Shown: one piece after another, positions 18,728-28,502 of the stretch
Layout: each line of letters opens with the position of its first letter
How positions within the stretch are numbered: position 1 is the first letter of the stretch
Origin: an uncultured bacterium
Lineage (GTDB): Bacteria; Oederibacteriota; Oederibacteriia; Oederibacteriales; Oederibacteriaceae
Direction: 5' to 3'
Assembly (NCBI GenBank): GCA_965112635.1
Contig: OZ218778.1
Span: forward strand, 1,024,001-1,088,000
Length of the DNA stretch: 64,000 nt
The notes under the pieces: generated by a model
Databases searched by the model: none
What the model saw: the letters and a program-made list of their open reading frames with translations, nothing else
What the model was told of the DNA's origin: nothing
Position numbers and translations under genes: made by a program

Positions 18728-20868
18728 GCGTGGTCAAAACAACCAAGGCCGTCAAACTGGCCAAACCGGTAGCCGCCGAACCGATAGAACAGCGTTCCAT
18801 GGAAAACTCCGGACGCCTCAGAAAATTCAAAACCTTTTTGAAGGTCCTGGCGGGGCTCGGCCTGGTGGCGGCTTTGGGGGTAGCGGGACTGCGGTTCGTG
18901 GCCGAGGCCAGGTTCAAACAAGCCGAGGTGGCCCTGGACTACAGCGCCTGGAAACAGGTCTGGGAGAGCGAGGGGCTGGCCGACAGCCAGGCCCTGCAGC
19001 AGCTCAAGGCCTGCGGGGCGACCACCGTTGTCCTCAGGGAAGAGACCTTGCAGGGCCTGAGCCAGGAAGGCAAGGCCTCGTATTTTACCAAAGAGGAGAT
19101 CCTCAACCGCGAGAGGTATGACGCCGAGGCTTTTGCCGAGATCCGTTCCATCCTGCCCCCGGATTTTTTAGACCAACCCGAGCCGCAGACCCTGGCCTTG
19201 TTTTCGGACGCCAGGCTGGCCCAGAGTTCTTTTGACCAGCTCACTTCCAAACTGGGCACTATGCCGGACCAGGCTGCCAAACCGCAGATCTTCCTGCATC
19301 CCCTGAAGGACGAGGCTGTGCTGGCCATACCCGGCAAGTCCCAGGGCTCTTTTTCCAAACCATTCTCTGCCAAGCGCGGACGGTTCATCAGTTTTGGGAT
19401 GGAGCCGGCCGAGACCGGGCTGGGCGTTTCACCGGAAAAGTGGCAGGCCTGCAGCGGAGCCGGGCTCAGCCCCGCGGTCGTCCTGACCAACTACCCTAGT
19501 GTGACCGCGGAATCCATCGCCTACACTTTCAGCCACCTAGCTGGGGCACCCTCTTTTGTCGTGCTCGGCGGAGAACAGGTTTTGGGCTGGCCGGGGTTTA
19601 TAGGTGCAGCCAGGGAAGCGGTGCAAAAGTCCGGCCTCAGACTGGGCGTGATGGAGTTTGCTGAGCCGCAGGGCCAGAAACAGCTCCTCGCCGACCCGGG
19701 TTTGATCTCCAGCGTGGTCAGGATACACACCATCCCGGCCCTGGAAATGGAGCCGCTCAACTGGGACAAGGCCATCAGCCGGTATTTGAGAGCGGTCAAG
19801 GAAAGGAACGTCCGTGTCCTTTTGGTCAGCCCTCTCTGGAACATCCCGGGGAGCCTGTGGAAAGAAAATATCAGCGGTTTGACCCGGCTCAACGAGGTGC
19901 TCAAGAGCCAGGGCTTCCCAGTGGGGACGCCCGTGCCGGTCATGCAGTTCCACGATATCAAGGCGCTGAGATTCTTGTGTGGGCTGGCTATCCTGGCCTG
20001 CGTATGGCTGTTCCTTTTAGAGGTGTGGCCCAGTTGTTTGTCTGAAAAAACCTGGGAAACGGTTTTTGGCGCTGCGGTTGTCTTGTGGCTGGCCTGTTTT
20101 TTCATCGCTAAAGACCTTTCCGCAGGACTTTTGCTGGGGCTTTTGGCTTGTGTGGTTTTCCCGGTTTACGGCCTGCGCCAGGCGTTTAGCGAGCCCCTTC
20201 CAGGCCAAAAACCTTTTTGGCAGGAGGGTTTAATTTGTCTTTTAAAAACAACGGGAATCACGCTTTTGGGCGTCTTGCTGGTGGTTGGGGTGGCCAGCAC
20301 CGGACAGACCCTGCTGGCCATCAGGGAGTTCAGGGGTATCAAACTGGCGATGGGTCTGCCGTTCATCCTCCTGGCCCTGCTGCTCTACAAGAAGGACCTC
20401 CTGCTGCTTAAACGGCTCAAGAGCCCCGTGACCCTCGCCCAGCTGGTCGGCATCCTCGTCGGCGCGGCGGTTTTGGGCGCGGCAGCCGTGGTCCTGCTGG
20501 CCCGGTCGGGCAACAATCCGGTCGTGGCGGCCAGCAGTGGTTTGGAAGACCGCCTGCGCCTCATCCTGGAAAAGCTTCTGGTGGCCCGGCCGCGCACCAA
20601 GGAGTTTTTGGTCGGGTATCCCTTGTTCTGGCTGGCCCTAGTCTGGGTCAAGGATAAATGGCTGGTCAAAGAGCACTGGTTCTTTATGGTCCTGGTCCTG
20701 GGCGCCTTGGTCAGCCAGGTTTCGCTCATCAACACCTTTTGCCATTTCCACACGCCCTTGTTGTTCTCGCTGCTGCGGTGTTTCCATGGGTTGTGGCTCG
20801 GCAGCCTGGTCGGTCTCATACTGGTGAAGATCATCTCTTATTTAAAGAAGCGGGAGATCATTGGCTAA
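18724..20868 (+). CDS. DUF5693-like membrane protein (CsaB-associated)
   Basis: RAVKERNVR; EFRGIKL; RSGN; RPRTKEFLVGYP; INTFCHFHTPL motifs; upstream of csaB. Confidence 0.75.
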   Translation: MSVVKTTKAVKLAKPVAAEPIEQRSMENSGRLRKFKTFLKVLAGLGLVAALGVAGLRFVAEARFKQAEVALDYSAWKQVWESEGLADSQALQQLKACGATTVVLREETLQGLSQEGKASYFTKEEILNRERYDAEAFAEIRSILPPDFLDQPEPQTLALFSDARLAQSSFDQLTSKLGTMPDQAAKPQIFLHPLKDEAVLAIPGKSQGSFSKPFSAKRGRFISFGMEPAETGLGVSPEKWQACSGAGLSPAVVLTNYPSVTAESIAYTFSHLAGAPSFVVLGGEQVLGWPGFIGAAREAVQKSGLRLGVMEFAEPQGQKQLLADPGLISSVVRIHTIPALEMEPLNWDKAISRYLRAVKERNVRVLLVSPLWNIPGSLWKENISGLTRLNEVLKSQGFPVGTPVPVMQFHDIKALRFLCGLAILACVWLFLLEVWPSCLSEKTWETVFGAAVVLWLACFFIAKDLSAGLLLGLLACVVFPVYGLRQAFSEPLPGQKPFWQEGLICLLKTTGITLLGVLLVVGVASTGQTLLAIREFRGIKLAMGLPFILLALLLYKKDLLLLKRLKSPVTLAQLVGILVGAAVLGAAAVVLLARSGNNPVVAASSGLEDRLRLILEKLLVARPRTKEFLVGYPLFWLALVWVKDKWLVKEHWFFMVLVLGALVSQVSLINTFCHFHTPLLFSLLRCFHGLWLGSLVGLILVKIISYLKKREIIG

Positions 20869-21928
20869 AGCTGTTGCGTCGGGTTATTACGGTTACGGGA
20901 ATTTAGGGGACGAACTGATCCTGCGGGGACTGGTGAGCGAGCTAAAAAGGCTGGACCCGCAAGGCCAGGTCACGGTCCTGTCCGCCAGCCCGCGGCAAAC
21001 GCGGCGCGATCACGGGGTCAAGGCGGTTTTTCGCTGGAATCCTTTCACCATATTCTGGGCCATCCTGACCTGCGATGTTTTTATCAGCGGCGGGGGAGGG
21101 CTCATCCAGGACAGTTCCGGGCCTCTTACTCCCGCCTATTACCTCAGCTTCATCCTCCTGGCCAAGATGCTGGGCAAAAAAACCGTCGGCTGGGGCCAGA
21201 GTGTGGGGCCGATTACCAACGGGTTTAACCGCTGGCTCACTTCGTGGATATTCAGGAAGACCGACCTGTTCATGGTCAGGGACGAGTTTTCCTACCAATT
21301 CATGCTGGAGCAAGCGGGCTATCCCAAAGCAAAACTGGTTTTAGGCGCCGACCTGGTCTTTTCTCTCCCTCTGCCGGGTCCCAGCGGGCCCAAATCCCTC
21401 GGGCCGGGCTATATCGCGGTGGTTTTGAGGGACGGCCTCACCAAGGTGGATCAGCCCGTGCTCTGCGACCTGCTGGCGCAAATACACCGCAGGACCAAAC
21501 TCAACTTTACTTTTCTTTCCCTGCAGGATGACCGCGACTTTAAGGTTATCCAGGATATCCGGGACAATCTCATCGCCCCTTCGGCCATCCGGCTACCTCC
21601 GGCTGACCTGAGCCTGCTCCTGCCCATCTTCAGCAGGGCCAAATTCGTCCTGTCCATGCGCTACCATGCCCTGATCCTGGCGGCCCTGGCCCAGACGCCC
21701 TCGGCGGCCCTGAGCTCCAACCCCAAGATAAATTCTTTTGTGGCCGGGTTCGGCCAGCTCACTTTTTGCGCGGACGGCATGCTGGACAGGGAAGGGTCTT
21801 TGGGGGTCTTTAACAAGTTGTGGAGGCACCAGGACAAGCTCAAACAGAGTCTGGCCAAAGGACAACGGCAGTGTTTGGGGCGCCTCAAGACGGCGGAAAC
21901 AAGGCTTAAGGGGCTGCTCCGGGCTTGA
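20861..21928 (+). CDS. csaB: Polysaccharide pyruvyl transferase
   Basis: SGYYGYGNLGDELIL; ISGGGGLIQD; QSVGP; VRD; MRYHALI. Confidence 0.88.
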   Translation: MAKAVASGYYGYGNLGDELILRGLVSELKRLDPQGQVTVLSASPRQTRRDHGVKAVFRWNPFTIFWAILTCDVFISGGGGLIQDSSGPLTPAYYLSFILLAKMLGKKTVGWGQSVGPITNGFNRWLTSWIFRKTDLFMVRDEFSYQFMLEQAGYPKAKLVLGADLVFSLPLPGPSGPKSLGPGYIAVVLRDGLTKVDQPVLCDLLAQIHRRTKLNFTFLSLQDDRDFKVIQDIRDNLIAPSAIRLPPADLSLLLPIFSRAKFVLSMRYHALILAALAQTPSAALSSNPKINSFVAGFGQLTFCADGMLDREGSLGVFNKLWRHQDKLKQSLAKGQRQCLGRLKTAETRLKGLLRA

Positions 21929-21951
21929 GGTAAGGAAAGCCGGGTGTTTTT

Positions 21952-21979
21952 TTGACATTGGGTCGGGCTTTGCTAGAAT
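21952..21979 (+). promoter_or_regulatory. Promoter of ftsEX
   Basis: TTGACA-N16-TAGAAT with TGn. Confidence 0.55.
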
Positions 21980-22013
21980 TACCTGATATTTCAAAAGAAC
22001 AAAGGGAGAATAG

Positions 22014-22721
22014 ATGATCGAGTGCGAGAATGTTTTTAAATCCTATTTGGCCGAAGTGCCCGTGCTGGCCGGCGTTTCCTTCACGGTCCAGGAAAAAGAG
22101 TTCGCCTACCTGGTGGGCCCCAGCGGTTCGGGCAAGACCACTCTTTTAAAGCTTTTTTACGCCGAAGAAAAACCCACCGGCGGCAGCCTTTACATCAACG
22201 GCCAGGCTCTGGACAAGCTCAAACCCGGGGAAATACCCTATTTCAGGCAAAAAGTGGGACTGATGTTCCAGGACCTTAAACTCTTTGAGTCCAGGACCGT
22301 GTGGGAAAACGTGAGTTTTCCCCTGCATATCCAGGGGCTTTCTCGCAGACAGCTCAGGGAGCAGGTCCAGAACGTCCTGTCCGTGGTGGAAATGGAAAAA
22401 AAGCCGGACCTCAAGGTCCAGCTCCTTTCCTCGGCGGAGAGGACCAGGGTCGCCCTGGCCCGCGCCATGGTGCGCCGGCCCAGCTGTCTTTTGGCGGACG
22501 AGCCTTTTGCCAGCCTTACCAAAGCGGGGGCCCAGGAAGTGAACGAGCTTTTCAGGCGGGCCAACACCATGGGAACCACGGTGCTCATCGCCACGAGGGA
22601 CCAAAAACTGGCCGAGAGCAACGGCCAGAGGGTCATCTACCTGCAGGACGGGGCGGCCCATTACCAGGACCCGGCCTTGGCGGCGGCCCAGGCCAAGGAG
22701 GCGGACGATGCGAAGAAATAA
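22014..22721 (+). CDS. ftsE: Cell division ABC ATPase FtsE (divergent motifs)
   Basis: GPSGSGKT Walker A; IPYFRQKVGLMFQD; LLADEP; upstream of ftsX. Confidence 0.82.
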   Translation: MIECENVFKSYLAEVPVLAGVSFTVQEKEFAYLVGPSGSGKTTLLKLFYAEEKPTGGSLYINGQALDKLKPGEIPYFRQKVGLMFQDLKLFESRTVWENVSFPLHIQGLSRRQLREQVQNVLSVVEMEKKPDLKVQLLSSAERTRVALARAMVRRPSCLLADEPFASLTKAGAQEVNELFRRANTMGTTVLIATRDQKLAESNGQRVIYLQDGAAHYQDPALAAAQAKEADDAKK

Positions 22722-23613
22722 GGTCCTGTTCTTTTTCGAGGAGTCCGTGGCCTCGCTCAGGCGCAGCGGGCTCTTGGGCGTGGCCAGCATCGGGGTCATG
22801 ACCATGGCGCTCTTCGCGTTCGGGATATTTTTCATCGTGCACGGCAACGTGTATTCCATGATGAAAGGACTCAAGGAAAAGATAGAGGTCGTGGCGTTCC
22901 TCAGGGAGGGGGCTACGGAGGACAAGATCCAGCAGCTCAAGGTGATGATCTCGGCCCGGGAAGGGGTCAAGGTCGTCAACTATGTTTCCAAGGCCCAGGC
23001 CTATGAGGACTTTTCCAAGGACCCGGAGATGAAGGTCCTGCTGGAAGCCACGGCGGGCAACCCCCTGCCGGCCTCCTATGTGATGCAGCTCACCGAGGAT
23101 TTCACGGACCCGGCCAAGATCAAGGGCCTGGTCGCCTGGCTTTCCAAACAACCGCTCATCGAGGAGGTCAGCTTCGGCCAGACCGAAGTGGAACGCCTGC
23201 TCAACCTGATGCGGGTCCTGAGGTTTTTAGGGTTCGCCTTTGCCATCGGCCTGGGGATTGGGGCCATCTTTATGGTCTTTTCCACCATCCGGCTGACCAT
23301 CTACGCCCGCCGGGACGAGGTCGAGATCATGCGGCTCCTGGGCGCCACACCCTGGTTCATGCGGGGGCCTTTTATCGCGGAAGGGGTTTTGCAGGGACTG
23401 GTGGCGGCCCTGGCCAGCGTGTGCCTGCTCTACCTGGTCAAGGCCGTGATATCGATTTTCATCATGAGCCAGATCGGCGTGTCCTTCAACGAGATGTTTC
23501 CCATTGCCGCGGATTACCTGTCCTGGTCGCTTTTTCTGGAGATATTGGTCCTGGGTATAGGCCTGGGCGGAGCGGGCAGTTTCATGGGCGTGCACGGATT
23601 CTTGAAAAAATGA
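22708..23613 (+). CDS. ftsX: Cell division permease FtsX
   Basis: NPLPAS; TIRLTIYARRDEVEIMRLLGAT; PFIAEG. Confidence 0.92.
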   Translation: MRRNKVLFFFEESVASLRRSGLLGVASIGVMTMALFAFGIFFIVHGNVYSMMKGLKEKIEVVAFLREGATEDKIQQLKVMISAREGVKVVNYVSKAQAYEDFSKDPEMKVLLEATAGNPLPASYVMQLTEDFTDPAKIKGLVAWLSKQPLIEEVSFGQTEVERLLNLMRVLRFLGFAFAIGLGIGAIFMVFSTIRLTIYARRDEVEIMRLLGATPWFMRGPFIAEGVLQGLVAALASVCLLYLVKAVISIFIMSQIGVSFNEMFPIAADYLSWSLFLEILVLGIGLGGAGSFMGVHGFLKK

Positions 23614-24800
23614 AGCGCGTCAAAGCGGTTTTAGCCGGTGGCCTAGTCCTGCTCTTGGGCTCGGCCGTCCTTTTCGCCGAATCAGACCTTTCCAAGGTCA
23701 TCCGCGAAAAGGGCCAAAAACAGGCCCAGCTGGAAAACCTCAACAAGCAGATCAAGGACGTCCAGAAACGCAAGCAAAAGGTCCTCAAGGAGGAGCAAAA
23801 GGTATTTAGTGACCTTGAGGAGATAGACCTCAGGATGGCTTTCATCAACCAGGAGCTGTCCATCACCCGCGGCCAGATCAACGAGGCCCACGACAAGATC
23901 ATTCAGCTCAGGCAGCAGTTGACCGAAGCTCAGCAGGCCGAAATCAGGAACACCTTCCTCCTGAACCAGAACGTGCGGCTCATCTACAAGCAGGGCCGCT
24001 ACGGCATCACCCGGTTCCTTTTTTCCTCCCAGGATTTTTACACCTTTTTAAAGCGCTTGAAGTTCATGCGGATGATCGCCCGGCAGAACGGCGAGCTGCT
24101 AAAAAGGCTCAAGGACGAACAGTTCAGCGTGGCCTCCATGATCCAGGAGCTCAAGGTCAAGAAAGGCAGCGAGCTGGTGCTGGCCAAGCAGACCCGGGCC
24201 AAGGAAGCGGAACTCAAAGCCCAAAAAAAGAGCAGGAGCGCTTTATTAAAGAAGCTCAAAAAGCGGGAGAACTACTACACCAGCTGGACCAAAGACCAGG
24301 CCAAGGCGGCCAGCAGGCTGGAAAACCTGGTCCAGGTCTACGCCAAGTCGGCCACGCGGATAGAAAAGGAGAAGAAGCTGGCCCAGCTTTCCTTCAAACA
24401 GCGCAAGGGAGGCCTGGCCTGGCCGGTCAGCGGCAGGCTGCTGAGCCGTTTCGGCAAGGTGCATCTGGCGGAATACAAGACCTATGAGAACAACCGGGGC
24501 ATTGAGATAGGCGCCCGGGAGGGTGCTTCCGTGGAGACCGTAGGGCGGGGGACGGTGTGGTACGCGGCCTGGCTGGAGGGCTATGGCAACACGGTCATCG
24601 TGGACCACGGCTCCAACCTCTATTCGCTTTACGGGCATCTGCAGGACATCTCGGTCCAGGTCAACGAAAGCCTGGACTCCAAGGCCATCGTGGGCCATGT
24701 GGGCGTGACCGGCTCTTTGAGCGACACCCCCAACCTTTATTTCGAGATCATCCAGAACGGGGAACCCAAAGATCCCATGAAGTGGCTCAGCGCAAAATAG
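23610..24800 (+). CDS. envC: Murein hydrolase activator EnvC-like (coiled coil plus degenerate M23/LytM)
   Basis: Signal peptide MKRVKAVL; long coiled coil; WPVSG; NRGIEI in place of HxxxD; GYGNTVIVDHG; LYFEI; follows ftsEX. Confidence 0.75.
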   Translation: MKRVKAVLAGGLVLLLGSAVLFAESDLSKVIREKGQKQAQLENLNKQIKDVQKRKQKVLKEEQKVFSDLEEIDLRMAFINQELSITRGQINEAHDKIIQLRQQLTEAQQAEIRNTFLLNQNVRLIYKQGRYGITRFLFSSQDFYTFLKRLKFMRMIARQNGELLKRLKDEQFSVASMIQELKVKKGSELVLAKQTRAKEAELKAQKKSRSALLKKLKKRENYYTSWTKDQAKAASRLENLVQVYAKSATRIEKEKKLAQLSFKQRKGGLAWPVSGRLLSRFGKVHLAEYKTYENNRGIEIGAREGASVETVGRGTVWYAAWLEGYGNTVIVDHGSNLYSLYGHLQDISVQVNESLDSKAIVGHVGVTGSLSDTPNLYFEIIQNGEPKDPMKWLSAK

Positions 24801-24817
24801 GATATAGGGAATGATTA

Positions 24818-26428
24818 ATGAACTCGTTTGACCTTATCATCATCGGTGGCGGGATAAACGGTGCGGGCATTGCACGCGAGGCGGCGGAGCGCGGGCTCAA
24901 AGTAGCCCTTTTGGAAAAAGGGGATTTTGGAGAGGCCACGACTGCGGCGTCCACCCGGCTCATCCACGGAGGATTGCGTTACCTGGAGCATGGCGAGCTG
25001 ACCCTGGTCCGCGAAAGCCTGAAAGAAAGGGCCACGCTGCTCAAGTTGGCGCCCCATCTGGTCCGACTCATCCCCCTGGTCATTCCTATTTTCAAGGACA
25101 GGCGTTTCCCGGGTTGGAAGGTCGGCATCGGGCTCACCATGTATGATTATTTTTCCCTGGGCGACGCGGCTCCGTGGCACAGGCGGCTCTCGGTCCAGGA
25201 GCTTCTGCGGATAGAACCGTTTTTAAGAAAAGAAAGCCTGGTCTCTGGCTTTGCCTATTATGACGGGCAGGCGAGTTTCCCGGAGCGTTTGGCTTTGGAA
25301 AACATTTTGACCAGCCAGCAATACGGGGCTGTGGCCAGGAACTATTGCAAGGTCGAAGGATTTATCGAAAGCAGCGGGATTATCCAGGGCGTCCGAGGCG
25401 TGGACGTGCAGACCGGAAAACCTTTTGAAGTATTCGGGAACTGCGTCATCAACGCCACAGGCGCGTGGGTGGACCAGACCAACCGGTTGCTCAGGAAGCC
25501 GGTCCAGCCCCTGATGGGCGGGACCAAGGGAAGCCATTTGGTGGTCAAAAACAACAACCTGAAACTCAGATGCGCGGTGTATTCCCCGGCCAAACAGGAC
25601 GGACGGCCGTTCTTTGTCATTCCCTGGCAGCATTACGTGCTCGTGGGGACCACGGACCTGCGGACCGACGAGGAGCTGGACACGATGAGGGCCTCCAACC
25701 AGGAAGTGGACTATCTTTTAAAAGAGGTCAACCTGCTTTTTAACGTTAATTTAACGAAGGAAGACATCCTCTATACCTATTGCGGGGTCAGGCCTTTGCC
25801 GCAGAGCAAAAAAGCCGAGGGCGCGGTCACGCGCAAGCATTTCATCGTGGACCACGCTAACCATCTTGTTTCCATCGTGGGCGGCAAGCTCACCACCTAC
25901 CGGCATTTGGCCGAACAGGCCGTGGATAAACTGGCTCAAAAAGGCCTGGTCCAAGGGGTCATGCCAAGCAAAACCCATCTGACGCCCCTGTGGGGCAGTT
26001 CGTTCGGCGGGAAACTGGTGGACTGGAAAAAGGCCGAGAAAGAATGGCCGGAAAAGCTGAGCAGGGAATACGGCCTGGAAGCGGAGCAGGTCAAATACCT
26101 GATGCAGCTCTACGGGGCCAGGGTGGAAGAAGTCCTCCAGCCCGTTAAAAAAGACAGGAGTTTGTGCGGGCGCATCCTTCCAGACCAGCCGGATATCGCG
26201 GTCCAGGCCTTATGGGGCGTCAAACAGGAAATGGTGCGCCATTTGGAGGACTTTATGCTGAGGCGCACAGGGCTGGGACTCAAAGGCTGCCGGGATATAG
26301 AGAGCAGCCGCAGGGTAGCTGGAGTGCTGGGCCGGTTTTTATCCTGGGACGAGGCCAGGCAACAGCAGGAAGCCCAGAGTTATGTCCAAATCTTAGAGCT
26401 CAAGCACCAGGTGCCACAAAGCGTTTAG
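24818..26428 (+). CDS. glpD: FAD-dependent glycerol-3-phosphate dehydrogenase/oxidase
   Basis: IIGGGINGAGIA; STRLIHGGLRYLE; INATGAW; KGSHLV; GTTD; GGKLTTYR. Confidence 0.9.
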   Translation: MNSFDLIIIGGGINGAGIAREAAERGLKVALLEKGDFGEATTAASTRLIHGGLRYLEHGELTLVRESLKERATLLKLAPHLVRLIPLVIPIFKDRRFPGWKVGIGLTMYDYFSLGDAAPWHRRLSVQELLRIEPFLRKESLVSGFAYYDGQASFPERLALENILTSQQYGAVARNYCKVEGFIESSGIIQGVRGVDVQTGKPFEVFGNCVINATGAWVDQTNRLLRKPVQPLMGGTKGSHLVVKNNNLKLRCAVYSPAKQDGRPFFVIPWQHYVLVGTTDLRTDEELDTMRASNQEVDYLLKEVNLLFNVNLTKEDILYTYCGVRPLPQSKKAEGAVTRKHFIVDHANHLVSIVGGKLTTYRHLAEQAVDKLAQKGLVQGVMPSKTHLTPLWGSSFGGKLVDWKKAEKEWPEKLSREYGLEAEQVKYLMQLYGARVEEVLQPVKKDRSLCGRILPDQPDIAVQALWGVKQEMVRHLEDFMLRRTGLGLKGCRDIESSRRVAGVLGRFLSWDEARQQQEAQSYVQILELKHQVPQSV

Positions 26429-26471
26429 TCGGTGAACAAAACCAACCGTAATCGTGAGATAATGATAATCC

Positions 26472-27950
26472 ATGAGTTATAAACCATTAGCCAATATCCC
26501 CAAACACACTATTAAACAAAGCCTGCACTACATGAATTTGTCCGGAGTGCAGGCGTCTATTTTTGGGACTCTGACCACCGGAGTGTTTTTGACCGGGTTT
26601 GCCCTGCATATCGGCGCCGGGACATGGGCCATCGGGCTTTTGAACTCTTTGCCTATCTTTACCAACCTTTGGATGCCCTTGACCGCTTTTTTTCTGGCCA
26701 TGGGGTTTTCCCGCAAAAATCTCAAGATCGGTTTTTTCGGCCTGGCCGCTTATTGCTGGCTGCCGGTGATGATCATCCCATTCCTAGCCGTGCGGACAGA
26801 CCTCAAGGTCACCCTGCTCCTAGGCTGCGCGGGACTGTCCGCGGTGTTTTGCGGGTTGCAGGCCAGCCCCTGGTATTCCTGGATGCGGGACCTGGTGCCG
26901 GCAGAGGTCAGGGGCAGGTATTTCGCGGCCCGCAATATCCTGGTCAATGCGGGGATCATGCTCTGCGGGTGGCTGGGCGGATATTTCCTGGACCTTTTTG
27001 ACAAGCAGAGCTTGACCGGATTTATTATCCTGTTCGGAGCCGCCATCGTATTCGCCATTTTTTCCAATCTTTTCGCCAGGAAGGCCGTGGCCCCTCCGCG
27101 GCCAAAAGTGCACTATGACGCCCAGGAGCTGTCCAAATTCCTCAAGCCGCTGTTCAATAAGAATTTCATGGTCTTCACCCTGTTCACCATGAGTTTTAAC
27201 GTGGCGGTCAATATCATGGGCCCTTTCTTGATCCTCTACTGCCTGCAGAGCCTGCAGATGTCCTATTTCAAAGTTTCTTTCTGTTTTAACGTTATTGGCA
27301 CCATTGCCGCCATCTTTTCTTTTTTATACTGGGGCAAGGCCTGCGACCGTTTCGGCCACCGTCCGGTCGCCTTTATGAGCGGGGCCGGCATCACCCTCTC
27401 CACCCTGGCCTGGATCTTTGTCCTGCCCGGCCACACCAACCTGGTCCCTTTAATAAACATCATTGGGGGCGCCTCCTGGGCGGGGTTTGGCCTGGCCATG
27501 GGGAACTGGATATTCAAGATAGCTCCGGAAGGCGAGGACGAATATTATTATGCCTTTTACTTTTTGACCACCAGCCTGGTGACCCTGGCGGGGCCCTGGC
27601 TGGGCGCCACCTTTCTTACTCTCACGGAAGGTTTCCGTGCCTCCTTCGGGTTTGTCCAGCTGGATGCTTTTAAGGTCCTCTGCCTCATCTCTTTTGTCCT
27701 GCGCTGGGGCAGCCTGGCCATTTTGTTCTGGGTGGCAGAACCGGCCACGGCGAGCGTGGGGCAGGTCCTGCGGATTTTGGGACAAGTCCTGCCCAGCTAT
27801 CTGCCCAACACCCTGCTCCATCCCCTGGATAATTTGATCTATCCCCTGTGGCAGCCGTCCAAGTCAGGGGACTGGAAAACCTATTTTGACGAGCCCGCGG
27901 ACACTAAAAGCTCCGACGGGCAGTCTTTCCAAAACCCCCCGGAGTTGTGA
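26472..27950 (+). CDS. MFS transporter
   Basis: About 12 TM segments; WMRDLVPAEVRGRYFA; WGKACDRFGHR. Confidence 0.85.
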   Translation: MSYKPLANIPKHTIKQSLHYMNLSGVQASIFGTLTTGVFLTGFALHIGAGTWAIGLLNSLPIFTNLWMPLTAFFLAMGFSRKNLKIGFFGLAAYCWLPVMIIPFLAVRTDLKVTLLLGCAGLSAVFCGLQASPWYSWMRDLVPAEVRGRYFAARNILVNAGIMLCGWLGGYFLDLFDKQSLTGFIILFGAAIVFAIFSNLFARKAVAPPRPKVHYDAQELSKFLKPLFNKNFMVFTLFTMSFNVAVNIMGPFLILYCLQSLQMSYFKVSFCFNVIGTIAAIFSFLYWGKACDRFGHRPVAFMSGAGITLSTLAWIFVLPGHTNLVPLINIIGGASWAGFGLAMGNWIFKIAPEGEDEYYYAFYFLTTSLVTLAGPWLGATFLTLTEGFRASFGFVQLDAFKVLCLISFVLRWGSLAILFWVAEPATASVGQVLRILGQVLPSYLPNTLLHPLDNLIYPLWQPSKSGDWKTYFDEPADTKSSDGQSFQNPPEL

Positions 27951-27990
27951 TATATTGATACGGAATCATTTGATTTAAGGAGAGCGAAAA

Positions 27991-28470
27991 GTGGCTGAAA
28001 ACATTGTGCTGACACAAGAAGGTTACGACACCCTGATCAAAGAACTGGACCACCTGAAAAAGGTGAAAAGACCCGAAATATCCAAGGCCATCGGCGCGGC
28101 CAGGGAGCTGGGGGACCTGCGGGAGAACGGCGAATACGAGAGCGCCCGTCACGCCCAGGCCCTGCTGGAAGACCGCATCAAAGAGCTGGAGGACAAGCTC
28201 TCGCGGGTCAAGATCCTGCAAAAACACCTGATGCCGGAGGGAAAGGTCTGCCTGGGCACTAGCGTGACCGTCCGGAATACGGAGAGCGGGGAACAGACCT
28301 GCTACACCCTGGTAGGACAGGACGAGGCAAACCTGGAAAAGTTAAAGATATCCATCACCTCGCCCATCGCCAAGGCCCTGCTCGGCAAAGAGGCCGGCAA
28401 CGAGGTGGAAGCCAGGGTGCCGGCTGGAATAAAAAAGTTCAAGATCATCAGCATCAAATCCTCGATCTAA
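27991..28470 (+). CDS. greA: Transcription elongation factor GreA
   Basis: ARELGDLRENGEY; ISITSPIAKALLGK. Confidence 0.96.
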   Translation: MAENIVLTQEGYDTLIKELDHLKKVKRPEISKAIGAARELGDLRENGEYESARHAQALLEDRIKELEDKLSRVKILQKHLMPEGKVCLGTSVTVRNTESGEQTCYTLVGQDEANLEKLKISITSPIAKALLGKEAGNEVEARVPAGIKKFKIISIKSSI

Positions 28471-28502
28471 GAGAACAAATTTTATTAAGAAAGGATCTAC
28501 CT

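Noticed and set aside
23421-23609. N-terminal extension of the EnvC-like ORF
   Set aside because: It overlaps ftsX; the signal peptide begins at ATG 23610
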